Made by a program: the position numbers and the translations under genes
IMG/VR virus record: IMGVR_UViG_3300044634_004095
DNA from: an uncultured virus (IMG/VR IMGVR_UViG_3300044634_004095)
Taxonomy: Duplodnaviria > Heunggongvirae > Uroviricota > Caudoviricetes
Strand: one strand, 5' to 3'
DNA length: 64,000 bases
Notes under the pieces: model-generated
Database searches by the model: none
Seen by the model: only the letters and a program-made list of their open reading frames with translations
Told to the model about the DNA's origin: nothing
In this document: one piece after another, positions 29,460 through 43,000 of the stretch
Position numbering within the stretch: position 1 is the first letter of the stretch
Layout: each line of letters begins with the position of its first letter

Positions 29460-30090
29460 CCTTTGTCTCTAGTGTCGAATCATAAGGAAAAGCTACTTTT
29501 TTGCTTGAGCCGATTTCTTCTCCTTCAATTTCCCAGTTTTCGTCCCCCTGTAAAAATTTAACAAATTTTTGTTCCATCGCACAAAACTCGCCAAGTACTT
29601 CAATGGCATTTTTCATATCACTTTCGGTAACTACTTGACTCTCAGACTTAATATCGGGATCAATGAAGTCATAAAAAAATATGTCTTCATATTGGTCGTC
29701 GGATTTTTTTGATCCTCGTATAACGTTTTTGGGTTTTTTTCCAGCTAGTGCAGATAAGAATTGAGAATCAGTCCAGTTTGTCAACTTTTTTAATTTCTTC
29801 TTGCAGTTTTTCATTCCTGGATGGTGGCAACCTTCATTTGGCCACAATCCAGTCGTTTCATGGTGTAGCCACGCGCATATATTGCTTAGCGGGTATAGTT
29901 CTGGATGATTTGCAAGTATGACTCTGCATCTCGTAAAGCCACCTGGCTTTTTCATTATGGGACGCCAGTAACGAAGGAGTCTTTCCAGATTTCCTCGTCG
30001 GGGGCCATATCCACGCAGGATATCCCCAGTGACCAATTCTTGCGGCAAGATACCGCCAAGTGGGTCAGCTTTTTCGTTAACGTTTGACAT
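29443..30090 (-). CDS. Hypothetical head-region protein
   Basis: 215 aa, with YW...GGFTRC...ICAWLHHETTGLWP. Confidence 0.7.
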   Translation of the reverse strand: MSNVNEKADPLGGILPQELVTGDILRGYGPRRGNLERLLRYWRPIMKKPGGFTRCRVILANHPELYPLSNICAWLHHETTGLWPNEGCHHPGMKNCKKKLKKLTNWTDSQFLSALAGKKPKNVIRGSKKSDDQYEDIFFYDFIDPDIKSESQVVTESDMKNAIEVLGEFCAMEQKFVKFLQGDENWEIEGEEIGSSKKVAFPYDSTLETKVDCCG

Positions 30091-30093
30091 CTA

Positions 30094-30597
30094 TTATTTA
30101 CCTTCCAGATTACGCATAATCTTCATAGCCATCCACGCTTCTTTTCTTTCAGTTTGTGTCCCAAAAGAATAAGTTCCGCCTACTGACTTTAGCATTTCTC
30201 CGCAGCATGTAGAAGTAGCAGCAAGTTTATCGTCACTATTTGCAAGGAAAAGAAGAGCTCTTGCGTCTTTCGTTTTAATTTTACTGCGAGCTTCTCCGAC
30301 TGAAGTAAGGATTACGGCTTGCTCTAAAGATTTTTCTGGAATTTCTTTTTCTTTTGTTACAAAAGTCTTATACCAAGAACCATTGACAACGTTCTTTGGT
30401 TTATCCCATAGAAAGCGATGAAACCGAGTCGTTCTAAATTTTTTGAGACCAGAAACTTTTGATGTTGTTGATATGAAGTTCACTTTAATCGAAGACCCAT
30501 TTTGTCTTTCTATAATTCCATCTTTTTCTCCAGGGCCAGCGTCTGTTATGTAATACAACTTGTCATTATGAATAGAGCCCACAAGTACAGCCTTCAC
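30094..30597 (-). CDS. Hypothetical protein
   Basis: 167 aa ORF, coupled to the upstream gene. Confidence 0.65.
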   Translation of the reverse strand: MKAVLVGSIHNDKLYYITDAGPGEKDGIIERQNGSSIKVNFISTTSKVSGLKKFRTTRFHRFLWDKPKNVVNGSWYKTFVTKEKEIPEKSLEQAVILTSVGEARSKIKTKDARALLFLANSDDKLAATSTCCGEMLKSVGGTYSFGTQTERKEAWMAMKIMRNLEGK

Positions 30598-33500
30598 AAG
30601 AGGCCTCCTTTTTTGCCAACCAGAGATGGAGTTTTGCCATCCCTCATTGTTTTAATCATTGTTTTTGCTTGCTGGGTTATCTCGTTTAGTATTCTTTCCG
30701 CAAGAAGGGATTCTATTGAGTTTGCTGAATCGGCCCCCTTGTAAAAAGACCTAGGGTCATCCATGTCGATCCCTGTGGGGTGGGCAATCTTTACTTTGCT
30801 GAATCCTTTTGCACCGAGATCTTTTTTAATCTTATTTGCCGTTCGGTATTCTCTCAGGAGACGCATTGCATCGGTGTTTAATGAGCCTTCTCGGTTTACA
30901 GAATAAAAATACTGTATCTCCTCGTCGGAAAACCCTGCTTTGCGCAATCTTTCGGCAATTGACGTAGGGTTGACCACATCTTCAATCTTCTCACTACTTG
31001 CCATCTCGGATATTTTTGAGTAAGGAAAGTTTATTTGTTCGACTTCGCTCATATCAAAACCACCAAGGACCATAGCTTCTATTTGCTTACGCTCGGTAGC
31101 GTCAAGAGTATTGCTATCTGGAGTTAGCATTTTAGATTTTTCATCAAATGACGCGTTCACGATCGACAAGTCATTAGATTTATCCGCGGCGAGCATATGC
31201 AACATGGTTTCAACATTGCTTGAGGGAGAATTCTTGTTTGTAGAACCAAGAATAGCGTCTGATATATCTTCCCTGTTGGTTGAATTTAACCTTACAGGTC
31301 TTGCCCCAGACGTCAAGGAATCTCCGACCGAATAAGCTGTTCTGTTCGATACCTGTGGTTTGAGGACCACCTCGATATCCCCTAAGGCCGTGAGCCCGTC
31401 GCCGATTTCATCTTCGTCCCCTACTTCAAACACGGCATTAGCCAAAGAATTACCGACGCCATTTTTCTTGACTTTATTTTTTTTAGCATCAATGTGAGAT
31501 TTGTGCACTACGTATCCCGGTACTGGTAACATCTCATCGCTCATTTCTTCTGGAAGCCCTATGCGCGAGTAATATTCTTTGGTAATCCCATCGATGGCAA
31601 AGCCAACGTTTTTTCCAGAAATGACGTCTCTTTCTTCACTTACTGAACCACGCTTCATCTGACGTCGTACTTTGGCCAACCTGCTTGGCCCTCCTGTCCT
31701 TCCCGTGTCAATATCTTCGCTTGCGGCATTGTCTGTAGACTCTTTCAGAGCCTTCAATGCAGATTTAAATGCTCTTTCTATTGATTGAGCTTGATCCGGT
31801 AAAATATTTTGATCCGCAGAATAATCGATCGATCCGAGTATCTCAGCTATATCGTTCTTGTTTATCTTCCCGCGGTCGGCCATTTCCAGTAAGGCAAGTT
31901 TTGCAATGTCATTGCCTGAGCGCCTTGCAATTTCTGCCCCTATCTGCTCAATGCTTTCCCTTGGTAGTCGCCTTTCAGAGGATCCGTCGATTAATCCAAG
32001 TGCAAATTTTATTGATTCTTTTGTTTTTTTGTCTACATTTGTTCGAGAAATTGCAGCATCAACTATTGCTTCTGACTTTCTGATTCTTTGAGCGCTAGTG
32101 ATAGATGTTGTACGGCCCGAACTAAATGAATTAGCGGAGTCCCTAGATTCAAATTCTAATGCTTCTTCGATTTCGCGCTGTCTTGCTCGGGCAGCTGGGC
32201 CTGGCCTTCTCTCCGCGGCAAGTCTCTGTCTGTTTCTTGCTGCTTCAGCGTAATCTGGGTTATTCTTAAGACCAACTGATCCAAGCTGTATGAAGTCTCC
32301 ACTGTCGTACAATTCATCAATGCGCTCTCCGACTGTTTCGTCAAGGTTTGCCTTAACCATCGCTACTTCTTCAGGGGTAGCTGGAGCTACTTCTCCTTTA
32401 ACCCATGGATTTTCCACACCAAGACGAGCTTCTTTTATTCCAAATACATCTTGAAATACTTTTCCAAGGGTTAGCCCTTGAATTATGTCAGTCTGGACTT
32501 CGTTAACTCGCAATGGTATTTGCATGTCTTCATCCAGGGTACGGTTCGCTACGGTGTAGGCTGCCCACCTGTGATGGCCGTCAAGAATGAAACCATCATT
32601 GGTCGCGAGGATAGCGCCAGTCCACCAATGCTTACGGGCTCCATTGTCATCTTCTTCAAATATTCTCTTAATGTATTCTTCTCTAAATTCTGGAGTCCCC
32701 CTTTGGAATCCATCTTTCTCCATACTGGCGACAACGTTTAGTGAGTCCGATAAAATTGCTTCATTTATTTCGTCAACTTTTGATGCCACCAACTGGGACT
32801 GCGACGGAGCATAGCTAGAAGGAACTACTTCTTTTCTTCTAACTGCGTTTCCTCCGTCTGGTTGTTTAATAACATCTTCTAGAAAATCCATAAATTCAGA
32901 TTCAAGGTCAACTTCTGTATCTTGCCAGTTTGTATTCTGATAAAACCATGCTTTATCTTCTTCGCCTAGCGGTTCCTGCGGCCCCCCTTTTGATGGGTGC
33001 ATTTTGGAAAGTCTGTCATATCTAGTAGCATTTATGTAATCGTTAATGATCTCCGGATCTATTCCTTCAGAGCGCAGGCGAGAAAGATATTGTTCACTGT
33101 TTTCGGTATTGGACTGCTCTGGCAACAATTTTGTTATATCTTTTAGTTTTTTACCTGCATATGCCCATTTTCCTTTTGCTTGGCCAGATACGAGCATTTT
33201 TATAGCTAGAGACTCGTTTCCAAATGTTCGACCATTCAGCTGAGGCATTTTTTCACGCAAAATACCAATATGCCCAGAACATAATAGATTTTTTTCTGGG
33301 TTGTACAACTTGCAAAGGTCTGCTGTCCATTTTTCAATGTATTGTCTTTTTGCTTCTTTTAGATCTTTGTCGTTTCCAATATCCATCTGTGGATTGGATT
33401 TAGCAAATTCCTGCTTAAATTTAAGCCAATCAGGGTGCTCTGCTTCTATCTTGGCAGAGGCTCCTTCTTTTATTAATTTTTCAAATTGAGATTGAGACTG

Positions 33501-36500
33501 CTTAGTTAAAGTTTGATCTTCGTATCTAACGGCAACGTGATGTCCAGCCATCATCAGAGCAAGTGCGCTTTGAACGTTGTCTGCCTCGTATACAAATTCA
33601 ATTCGTTCGCTTATGGCGAGCCTGTCTGTGCGCTTGACTCTTCCCTGGAAAAGGTTGGTCAATTCACCTTCTGTCATGTCGTCGACATTTTTACCACTAT
33701 TTATAATTTCATCAAAAATCGTTAACGCTTCAGCAGCTGTCTTTTTCTCGATTTCACGACGCTCTAACAGCGAAGCCGAATCTTGAATTGCTCCCGAACT
33801 AAAGCGAGCAGATCTTTCCGATGAACCCATCGCGGCGAGTCTTTCAACTCTTCTTCCTCCAGGTATTTGACTTCCTCCGGGGGCGGACATGTTTGATCTA
33901 AATTTACCCGATCTAGAGAATTCCTCAAGATCAGCTTCGCGCATTCTTACGCGCACCCGTCTATCTAGTCCGGAGTGAAATCTGTATCCAATTTCATCAA
34001 GCTTCGTCTGCAGTTCAGCCGTAGAAAGAGAAAGTAGCATATCCCTCACGTCAGGGCTTATCGAATCAGCAGACAATTCTGGATATTTCTTAGACCCTCT
34101 TCCAGCCAAGACCGATCTTAGTTCGTTTACGTCAGAGGAAATTTGTTTAGTTCTTCGTCGTGTTCTTTGTTGCCGACTCTCTCTTGACCCTAAAACGTCG
34201 TCCCTGACTGCTCCGCTGGAAAACCTTCCGTCATCGGCCAGTATCCCCTCGCCAAAATATCCATCAAGGTCAGCCAGGTCCCCATTTATGCGTGAGTTTG
34301 TTTCTCCTATTGATGAGTTGTCATCTGAACTAGGGCCTACTACCCGACCACTTGAGCGCATGTCAAGGATTGCTTGATCTATCACTGGTCTTATTTTTCT
34401 TACTGCGCCGTCACGCCATATTTTGTCATCTACTATGCGAGCAGATCCTCGATCGTATCCTTCAGTGAGCGTTTGAACAAATCTGTCGGCGACCTCGACC
34501 GTATCCATCTGGCGAGCAGCTTCGACTATTAGCGATCCGTCATCAGAGCGACCGATTATCCTAAAGGAACCCGGAGGCATGACAAAATTCTGAGCACCGG
34601 AATCTTGCTGACCAGGAAATATTCCCCTATCCCCTTCTCGAACTCGAATAATTACTCGCACTCTATTCTTTAAGGTTGCTTCGTTCTTTTTGTCTGCCCT
34701 TGAGACCGCTGGAATCACGGCGTTGCTTCTAGATACAACCCCAGAAACAAAACCATCCTGCTCGACAATTCTGCCGATGGAATTCCCCATGGTTTTTCCG
34801 GGAGCTATTTCCATTATGGCTTCCATCTCGAAACCTTCCGATGCGGAAGATCTGTCAAATGCCTCAAGTGCTGGAAGTAGTATGTTCTTCACTTGCGCCG
34901 TAAGGTCTGCTTGCCCGGACTTGCTGTCATTTACCGCTAAGTTATTCCTAATTCTTCTTGCCGTAACTCTGTTGATCGCTCTGCCTGTTTGAACCTGAAG
35001 CTCGGGAGAAAGCATCAAAGCAATCGGATTCTCCTCAAAATCTGCAATTTCCCTTAAAGCTGCCGCTTGCTGTTTGTTGATTGACCTGCGATGTCTTGCT
35101 CTCTCAGCAGTCGCAAAGTCCGCTACGTCTTGAGCCTTTTTAAATTTCTTGGATGGTTTTGGCTTTGGAGAGATTGTTTCTTCAATTTTCTCTTCAAGAT
35201 CGCGCAGAATCCTTGCCCTGCTACGCTTGTCTCCGTTTTTAACAGATCTTTCTACATGCTCATTTTTCAGGATTTCTATTCCTGTTGCGATTTCTAGAGC
35301 TTGTGTTGAACCAGGCTCAATTGAAGGAAAGAGCCTGGTTGATCGAACAACTTCAGACAAGATGTCATCTTCCGACATGTCCTTAGCTCTATCGGTTAGC
35401 TCGTTCAGGGATAGTTGCTGAGCTGCCATTCTGGCTTGATCCGGAGTCCAGAGTCCAGCCCTCTCTCTGGCAGATACAACGTCGTCATCGAATCTTTCCA
35501 GCTCTCCGCGGGCACCTACCCCATATTTCTTGCGCCAAGCTTTTTTAACGTCATCATATTTTTTTTGATTAATATCAGAACGCTTTTGCCATGCGCTCAT
35601 TAACATGTCTCTGTGTTGGCGTTTTAGATCTGTAAGGCGAGGGTCTTCATTTGGATCATCTAGGATGTCCTGCTCGCGCAATGGTTTTAAGGAGAATTCT
35701 TCAATCGTGTCAACATTTAACGAATGTAATGCAGCCTCGTCTATCATCTCATTTTCGGAAAGATTGGCTATATTGGATATGTATTCTTTGAGTTGTTCTC
35801 TTTCAATCTCTTGCGTTGCTTCCATGTCTGAAGCTAGATTAACAAGATACTCATCTAACTGGTCAGCGTCCATTTGAGATACAGGAGTAGCAACTCCTCC
35901 TGCTTGAGTAGACGGAGCTCCTGCAGTGCTTGCTAAATCTGCTGCATCAGCATCAACATCTGAATCGACTCGCGCAACCCGAGACGGCCTAGCTGCTGCA
36001 TCATCTATAAAACTAAGTGCGGAATCTACGTCCTCCCCCCATACCAAACCAGCTTCGCGTAAACCCCAAATTTCGGCGGAAGCCTCAAGGCCCCATCTTT
36101 CGCTTCCAGCATAAGTGTCAGGATAAATACCAGCAAGCATTCTGACGTTTTCAATTTTAGACAATGCATTGTCAAGGTCTTTAACGTCTATCGAATCATT
36201 CATCTTATCCATTAGGTTAAATAAATCTGTACCAGTCATTTCTTCGATGCTTGATACAGTTTTAATCCCTAGAAACTTATTATCTCTGTCATAAACGGGA
36301 ACGTCAAGGCCCTCGGGTGATTGCATTTTTCTTTCGGCTTCCCTTAAGAACGCCAGACCTTGATACACGTGAGCAAATTCGTGTGCTCCAATAAATGCTG
36401 CAAATGTTTTTGGACCGCCTACGAGTCCAGCCATCCTTTTAGCAAAATGATTAGAGTTCACTAAGAAGTCGGCTACGGCTTCTTGCCCCGCTGCATCCGT

Positions 36501-38168
36501 TGCTGCTCCTACAGCGGCCACTCCTAATCGCTGGTCTGGCCTCAACGAAGGAAGCATTAATTCTTGATTGCTGAGAATCCTATTCATATTGACATTTATA
36601 GTTGCGTATATCGGCGCTCCACCCCTTCCCCCCCGGAATCCTGTCGAAGCTTCGTCGGTCGAGTTTGGGGTGTATTCTATTTTTTTGACGAATCTAGCTG
36701 CTGCTGGATTTTTAATAAATTGATCCAAAATTGATTCTAAAAAACCACGCTCTGTTTCGTAATATCTGCTCACGTCCGCTTCAAGCATTGCTTCTTTTTG
36801 TTTTGCATCAAGCCTTACCCAGTTGGGTATTTTTGCTAAACGCTCTTCCATTAATTGGCGAACCTGCAGGGGAGTAAGTCTTGTTGTGTCAAGCTCTATA
36901 TCCCAGATACCGCGTTCCCGAAGGGCTTCAAAAGTGTTAACCAAGTCTTCGTTTACCAACCGAGAAGATTCAGATGTGTCTACCCCTAGATCTCTTTGAA
37001 GTTGATTTACGCTAGCGTCCCTCGCGGCAGCAACTCGTTGAGCATTTGCCATTCCGTGCTTGAATAGCCGCATGTTTTCTGGGAGGTCGATCCCGGACCA
37101 GTCAGTACTGGGAATGCGCTCACCGGTGGCCATGTCATAGGAAACTGTTCTTCCTATTCTTGCTCTATCGATATCCTCTAAGGCGATAATCTCTTGTTGC
37201 AACTCAGGAAAGTCACTAAAATCAATTTGAGACCGAGAAGTTGGTCTAGTTTCTGAAGTATAAAGCCACCTGAAGAAACTGGAAGCTTTATTCCTGAATC
37301 CGCCAGTATCTTCCTGCTGTGAATCCGGATATAGATCTTGCGCTTGTCGTGCTGCGTATTTGGCAAATCTTGAACCACTGAACCCAAAGCAATTGGATCC
37401 AAACATGTCGGTAAACTGATTTGCTGCCGGAGTTCCCGGAGGGCAGCGAAATTTATTTCTTTCATCCATCAGAACGCCAAAGCGACCTGAAAATCTTCTT
37501 ATCAAAGACCCACCGGGGATCATACTTCCAAGAGAACGACCAGGAAGTTTTTTGGTCTGGATATCCGGACGCAGAATCTTCAAAGCGCTTAAAGCTTTTT
37601 GTCTTTCCTCAAATGTCATACCAGATATTTGAGCTAACTGATCTACTTTTTTTGCTGATTCGGGTTTTACCTGTCCCGTTTTTTTATCAACATCATAAAT
37701 TGTTAACTGAATTGACGGTTTTCGTTTTTCCTCTTCAAGAATTTGTTGAAATGACAACTTGGGGGGATCATCCAACCAGCCCATATTTGGCAACGTAGAA
37801 ATACTGTTTTGCGAAACATTAGAAGGAAACAAAACAAGTCTTTTACCTGGTCCTCCTTTTGATGCTGTTTCAACGCGATGACCAGGAATTAGTTCTTTTA
37901 CTCCTGGACGCGAGTCAGCGGTGAACTCTCGCTTTCTGTTGTCAGTATCCTCGTAAGCTTTCTTTCTTACTCCCGGGAACATGTCTGACAATGCTTTTGT
38001 TGCTACTCCAGCGTCTAACTTTTCAGATTTTACGGAAACAAGAACGGAAGATTTAAAAGCTGTTGCCCTTTCATCAATCGATTGACCGCAGCATTTTTGA
38101 GGAGCGACAAGACGCGAAGAGACAATTATTCTTTCTTTTTCAATGCTAATACCCGTCATGGCGGGCAC
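30594..38168 (-). CDS. Giant polyvalent protein (2524 aa): zincin peptidase, degenerate ART-like, ParB/Srx-like, degenerate DUF3626-like domains
   Basis: HEFAH...EASAE, VIIRVREGDRG...NFVMPPGSFRI, ILDGHHRWAA, VVLKPQVSNRT..GDSL..IEAMVLGG. Three FSSG motifs. Confidence 0.8.
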   Translation of the reverse strand: MPAMTGISIEKERIIVSSRLVAPQKCCGQSIDERATAFKSSVLVSVKSEKLDAGVATKALSDMFPGVRKKAYEDTDNRKREFTADSRPGVKELIPGHRVETASKGGPGKRLVLFPSNVSQNSISTLPNMGWLDDPPKLSFQQILEEEKRKPSIQLTIYDVDKKTGQVKPESAKKVDQLAQISGMTFEERQKALSALKILRPDIQTKKLPGRSLGSMIPGGSLIRRFSGRFGVLMDERNKFRCPPGTPAANQFTDMFGSNCFGFSGSRFAKYAARQAQDLYPDSQQEDTGGFRNKASSFFRWLYTSETRPTSRSQIDFSDFPELQQEIIALEDIDRARIGRTVSYDMATGERIPSTDWSGIDLPENMRLFKHGMANAQRVAAARDASVNQLQRDLGVDTSESSRLVNEDLVNTFEALRERGIWDIELDTTRLTPLQVRQLMEERLAKIPNWVRLDAKQKEAMLEADVSRYYETERGFLESILDQFIKNPAAARFVKKIEYTPNSTDEASTGFRGGRGGAPIYATINVNMNRILSNQELMLPSLRPDQRLGVAAVGAATDAAGQEAVADFLVNSNHFAKRMAGLVGGPKTFAAFIGAHEFAHVYQGLAFLREAERKMQSPEGLDVPVYDRDNKFLGIKTVSSIEEMTGTDLFNLMDKMNDSIDVKDLDNALSKIENVRMLAGIYPDTYAGSERWGLEASAEIWGLREAGLVWGEDVDSALSFIDDAAARPSRVARVDSDVDADAADLASTAGAPSTQAGGVATPVSQMDADQLDEYLVNLASDMEATQEIEREQLKEYISNIANLSENEMIDEAALHSLNVDTIEEFSLKPLREQDILDDPNEDPRLTDLKRQHRDMLMSAWQKRSDINQKKYDDVKKAWRKKYGVGARGELERFDDDVVSARERAGLWTPDQARMAAQQLSLNELTDRAKDMSEDDILSEVVRSTRLFPSIEPGSTQALEIATGIEILKNEHVERSVKNGDKRSRARILRDLEEKIEETISPKPKPSKKFKKAQDVADFATAERARHRRSINKQQAAALREIADFEENPIALMLSPELQVQTGRAINRVTARRIRNNLAVNDSKSGQADLTAQVKNILLPALEAFDRSSASEGFEMEAIMEIAPGKTMGNSIGRIVEQDGFVSGVVSRSNAVIPAVSRADKKNEATLKNRVRVIIRVREGDRGIFPGQQDSGAQNFVMPPGSFRIIGRSDDGSLIVEAARQMDTVEVADRFVQTLTEGYDRGSARIVDDKIWRDGAVRKIRPVIDQAILDMRSSGRVVGPSSDDNSSIGETNSRINGDLADLDGYFGEGILADDGRFSSGAVRDDVLGSRESRQQRTRRRTKQISSDVNELRSVLAGRGSKKYPELSADSISPDVRDMLLSLSTAELQTKLDEIGYRFHSGLDRRVRVRMREADLEEFSRSGKFRSNMSAPGGSQIPGGRRVERLAAMGSSERSARFSSGAIQDSASLLERREIEKKTAAEALTIFDEIINSGKNVDDMTEGELTNLFQGRVKRTDRLAISERIEFVYEADNVQSALALMMAGHHVAVRYEDQTLTKQSQSQFEKLIKEGASAKIEAEHPDWLKFKQEFAKSNPQMDIGNDKDLKEAKRQYIEKWTADLCKLYNPEKNLLCSGHIGILREKMPQLNGRTFGNESLAIKMLVSGQAKGKWAYAGKKLKDITKLLPEQSNTENSEQYLSRLRSEGIDPEIINDYINATRYDRLSKMHPSKGGPQEPLGEEDKAWFYQNTNWQDTEVDLESEFMDFLEDVIKQPDGGNAVRRKEVVPSSYAPSQSQLVASKVDEINEAILSDSLNVVASMEKDGFQRGTPEFREEYIKRIFEEDDNGARKHWWTGAILATNDGFILDGHHRWAAYTVANRTLDEDMQIPLRVNEVQTDIIQGLTLGKVFQDVFGIKEARLGVENPWVKGEVAPATPEEVAMVKANLDETVGERIDELYDSGDFIQLGSVGLKNNPDYAEAARNRQRLAAERRPGPAARARQREIEEALEFESRDSANSFSSGRTTSITSAQRIRKSEAIVDAAISRTNVDKKTKESIKFALGLIDGSSERRLPRESIEQIGAEIARRSGNDIAKLALLEMADRGKINKNDIAEILGSIDYSADQNILPDQAQSIERAFKSALKALKESTDNAASEDIDTGRTGGPSRLAKVRRQMKRGSVSEERDVISGKNVGFAIDGITKEYYSRIGLPEEMSDEMLPVPGYVVHKSHIDAKKNKVKKNGVGNSLANAVFEVGDEDEIGDGLTALGDIEVVLKPQVSNRTAYSVGDSLTSGARPVRLNSTNREDISDAILGSTNKNSPSSNVETMLHMLAADKSNDLSIVNASFDEKSKMLTPDSNTLDATERKQIEAMVLGGFDMSEVEQINFPYSKISEMASSEKIEDVVNPTSIAERLRKAGFSDEEIQYFYSVNREGSLNTDAMRLLREYRTANKIKKDLGAKGFSKVKIAHPTGIDMDDPRSFYKGADSANSIESLLAERILNEITQQAKTMIKTMRDGKTPSLVGKKGGLL

Positions 38169-38173
38169 CTCTA

Positions 38174-39913
<1,740 letters not shown>

Positions 39914-39948
39914 CGGGACATTGACCTATAAACTGTGTGGCAAACTAT

Positions 39949-39982
39949 AACGTATCACGTTCCGAGCCTTAAAATTAGCAAC
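39949..39982 (-). promoter_or_regulatory. Candidate promoter GTTGC-N23-TACGTT
   Basis: Same arrangement as upstream of the capsid and sheath genes. Confidence 0.4.
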
Positions 39983-40018
39983 ATTCAATGGCTTTAAGAA
40001 AAATAGTTTTTATCTTCC

Positions 40019-43000
40019 TTATTTGTTGATTATTTCTGGCGAGGTTTTTCTTTTTCCCTTACGTCCAGGAGCAGAAGGCTTGTACACCGTCGTGCCTTCC
40101 CTTAAGCGGGTCTGGGCATTCCTCAACTGCTCACCGCTGAAGATGTCTTCTATTGTGTGGTTTGTGCCAAATATTTTATTAAATTGATCAACGAATTCCT
40201 GCAATTCGGACCTCGAGAATCTAGGCACGTCGCCTAATCTTTTTGAAAAAGTCTTACCTCTTCTTTTTGCGGCAGCCTGCAGTACGGTCCCCATTTCCCT
40301 GCTATTGATAATAAATTGCCTACTTTGAACACTGTTAAGGCTTGAACCAGGGAATGACCTATCAATGAATTCTGTTAAAGCTTCATACACGTTGGCCTTG
40401 GATGCCAAAAGCTCCTCATCCAGCTTTTGGCCTGCCTTATTTACGCCGAATACATCGCGAGCATTCGGGATGACCCCAGTTCTGATCATTTCCGCAATAT
40501 AGGCAATGGGTACTCCATCTTTTTTCCACTCTTTCACGGCGTCTTCACCAAGTCCAACGTCTACCTTCTTCACGTCGTCTGGATCAAGTTCGGCGTCTAC
40601 CTTCTTCACGTCGTCTGGATCAAGTTCGGCGTCTAAATCCTCTCCAAAAGCTTTTTCCAGGATTGGCTTAAGTTGCTTCGGCCATTCATCTTCCGATATG
40701 CCGAGATGGTCAAGAAGTTGCGATAAAGTAAAATCTGCTCGCTGAACACGGCTACCCTTGCCTCTGCGGGCGTTGCTGGCAATATCAGGGGGAAGGGCCT
40801 CGAAAGCCTCGCCCATAGTTCCTTGATAGCTTAATTCTACCTCTGCCTCTGAGTCGTCCCTTGCGGCAGGAGAATTCTCGAACTTGCCTACGGCGTTGAA
40901 TCGTCTTGCTCCGTCCTCCAGGTCATCAAACTCTTCCGCGGTAAGCATCTTCCCTGACCCATAGATCTCCTCCTCGGCGATCCCCCCTATAAAGTCTCCC
41001 CTGTCGTGCCAGTATGGATAAGCGTCTGCTCCAAATGTTTCGATAATAAAACGATCTCTCATGTTTGCACGGCCGGTATTTTCGACGAGTCTTTCTATGG
41101 CGTTCATGCCTTCTTCTTCGGCTTCCATATCGGATACTGGAGAAAACAATCTCCACCCGCTAAATTCTGGCTGACTACCAATTTCGGCCAATAGATACCT
41201 TACGGTGTCGTGCGTGAGCGCAGCCGTATCGCCCTTAAGCTTTGCTTCTTCCGTAACGTTAAGTCCAAGGAGTTTTGCTAGTTTCGGGATGGTAAGCGGC
41301 TCTGACTGGGTCCAATATACCCCCACTTTGGGAGTAGCCACGTCCACGACCTCCTCCCCTTGTAGCTCCGAAGTTATAGTTCCTCTGGATATATCTTCTT
41401 GCCTGCGCCATCCAGTAGGGATTCTGACGGTGTCAAGTAGTTTGCTTATCGAAAGCATCCATGAATCACCGGAAGGATCATTGTTTGCAAAATTGTCGGT
41501 TGTTTTACCGATCTTAACGACTCTTGATCCGTCGCTTTGCTTTCTTGCTCGCATCCTTTCTCCGACTTTTATGATGTTGTCATTAATTTTTTTTGCACGA
41601 TCATTCTTCGATGTTGAATTTTGATCTGCTGGCATATCTAAGGCAATGCCTGTCTGATTGAAGGCGTTCCAGAATTGCATCGCATAACGAGTTACTCTGT
41701 CTCTATCTTGAGGGTCAATGCGCACATCTGTACGTATTCCTGCGAGCTCTAGGGCAGATAGGCGCTGCTGCATTCCTGCCCTATTCTCAAATCTGCTCAC
41801 GCGTCTTCCGAACCTGCCCTCTGGAGTTCCAGTTATTTTTGAAGCCCTACTCGAACCTTTTGCTACATCAGGAGCTTCCTCGGATGTTTCCGAAGGTTCC
41901 GCACCTGAAGAGAATCCAGCATCAAAATCTTCATCAAAATCATCATCATCATCATCTTCAGCCTCGATCGTGCTTATTTCGTCAAGCTCGTCAAGCACAT
42001 TGTCAGCGTCGTCCACAGTCAGGTCCTCGTCTGAAATCCCCCGCCCGTCATCTTCTCCCTCTGGAAACTGAGCGGCTGGGTCAAACATTGGACCATCGAT
42101 AATTTCGCGTGCTCGTTCTCTCATTATGCGGACGGAAGCATCACGTAACGTTTCTTCCGAAACATTTGCGTCGGCAAATTCATCCATCACTTCTTTTCTT
42201 CGTTTGATGAACCCTTGTGTTGCTACGTCAGGTACGCCTATTCGTCTCATTTCAGCAATTAATTCATCATCCGGAAGACTCAGGACGCTTCTTCTTGAAG
42301 CGTTAAAATCGGTTAGGTCTTTCCCTTCCGCGGCATACTCTTCTATTTCTCTATACACTTTTGGCAATTTGTCGAGTGATAATTCACTCTCTCTGTCAAA
42401 ATCTTCTGGCAAAATTTTACGTTCGACACCGTCGCGAATGAGGTCTGCAATTTCTTTACGCTTTTGACCTTCGGCAAAGTGCGCCATCCACATTCTCGGT
42501 GATAGTGATATCGCTCTCATAGCCCTAGTTACGACCACGTGTTGAAGATTCATTTCTTCTATCCAGCCCGGAGGTCCCGAACCGTTGCGCTTAGCTGCTT
42601 CAAGAATGTCTACGTTTAAGTCATCGTCAGGATCTGTAAAGTCATCAAGCACCAGAACAAATTTTCCTTCTTTGCCTTTTGCTGTTGTTCCAGTTTGTAT
42701 GACGACATCACCACCGCGTTTTTTTGCACTTTTGCGAACAGCATCACCAATGAGGTTTATTATTCTTGTAGCTTCTTCTGGGTCATCTTTTGCATCTATG
42801 ACGAATCCGTCATAATCTCTGCCCTTTGCGCGGCTCACCTTCGGGCCAACTCCGAAGCTCAGTCTCGTCCTCGACTGAAGCCCTAGGCGATCAAGTATCC
42901 CTAAAGTGTCGGACAGGTATGCTCCATCGAAGTTCCTTCCGGAAGTATCCGGGTACTTGTTCGGATCTGCATATACCGCCTGAGGTCTTCCAGTATCGAC

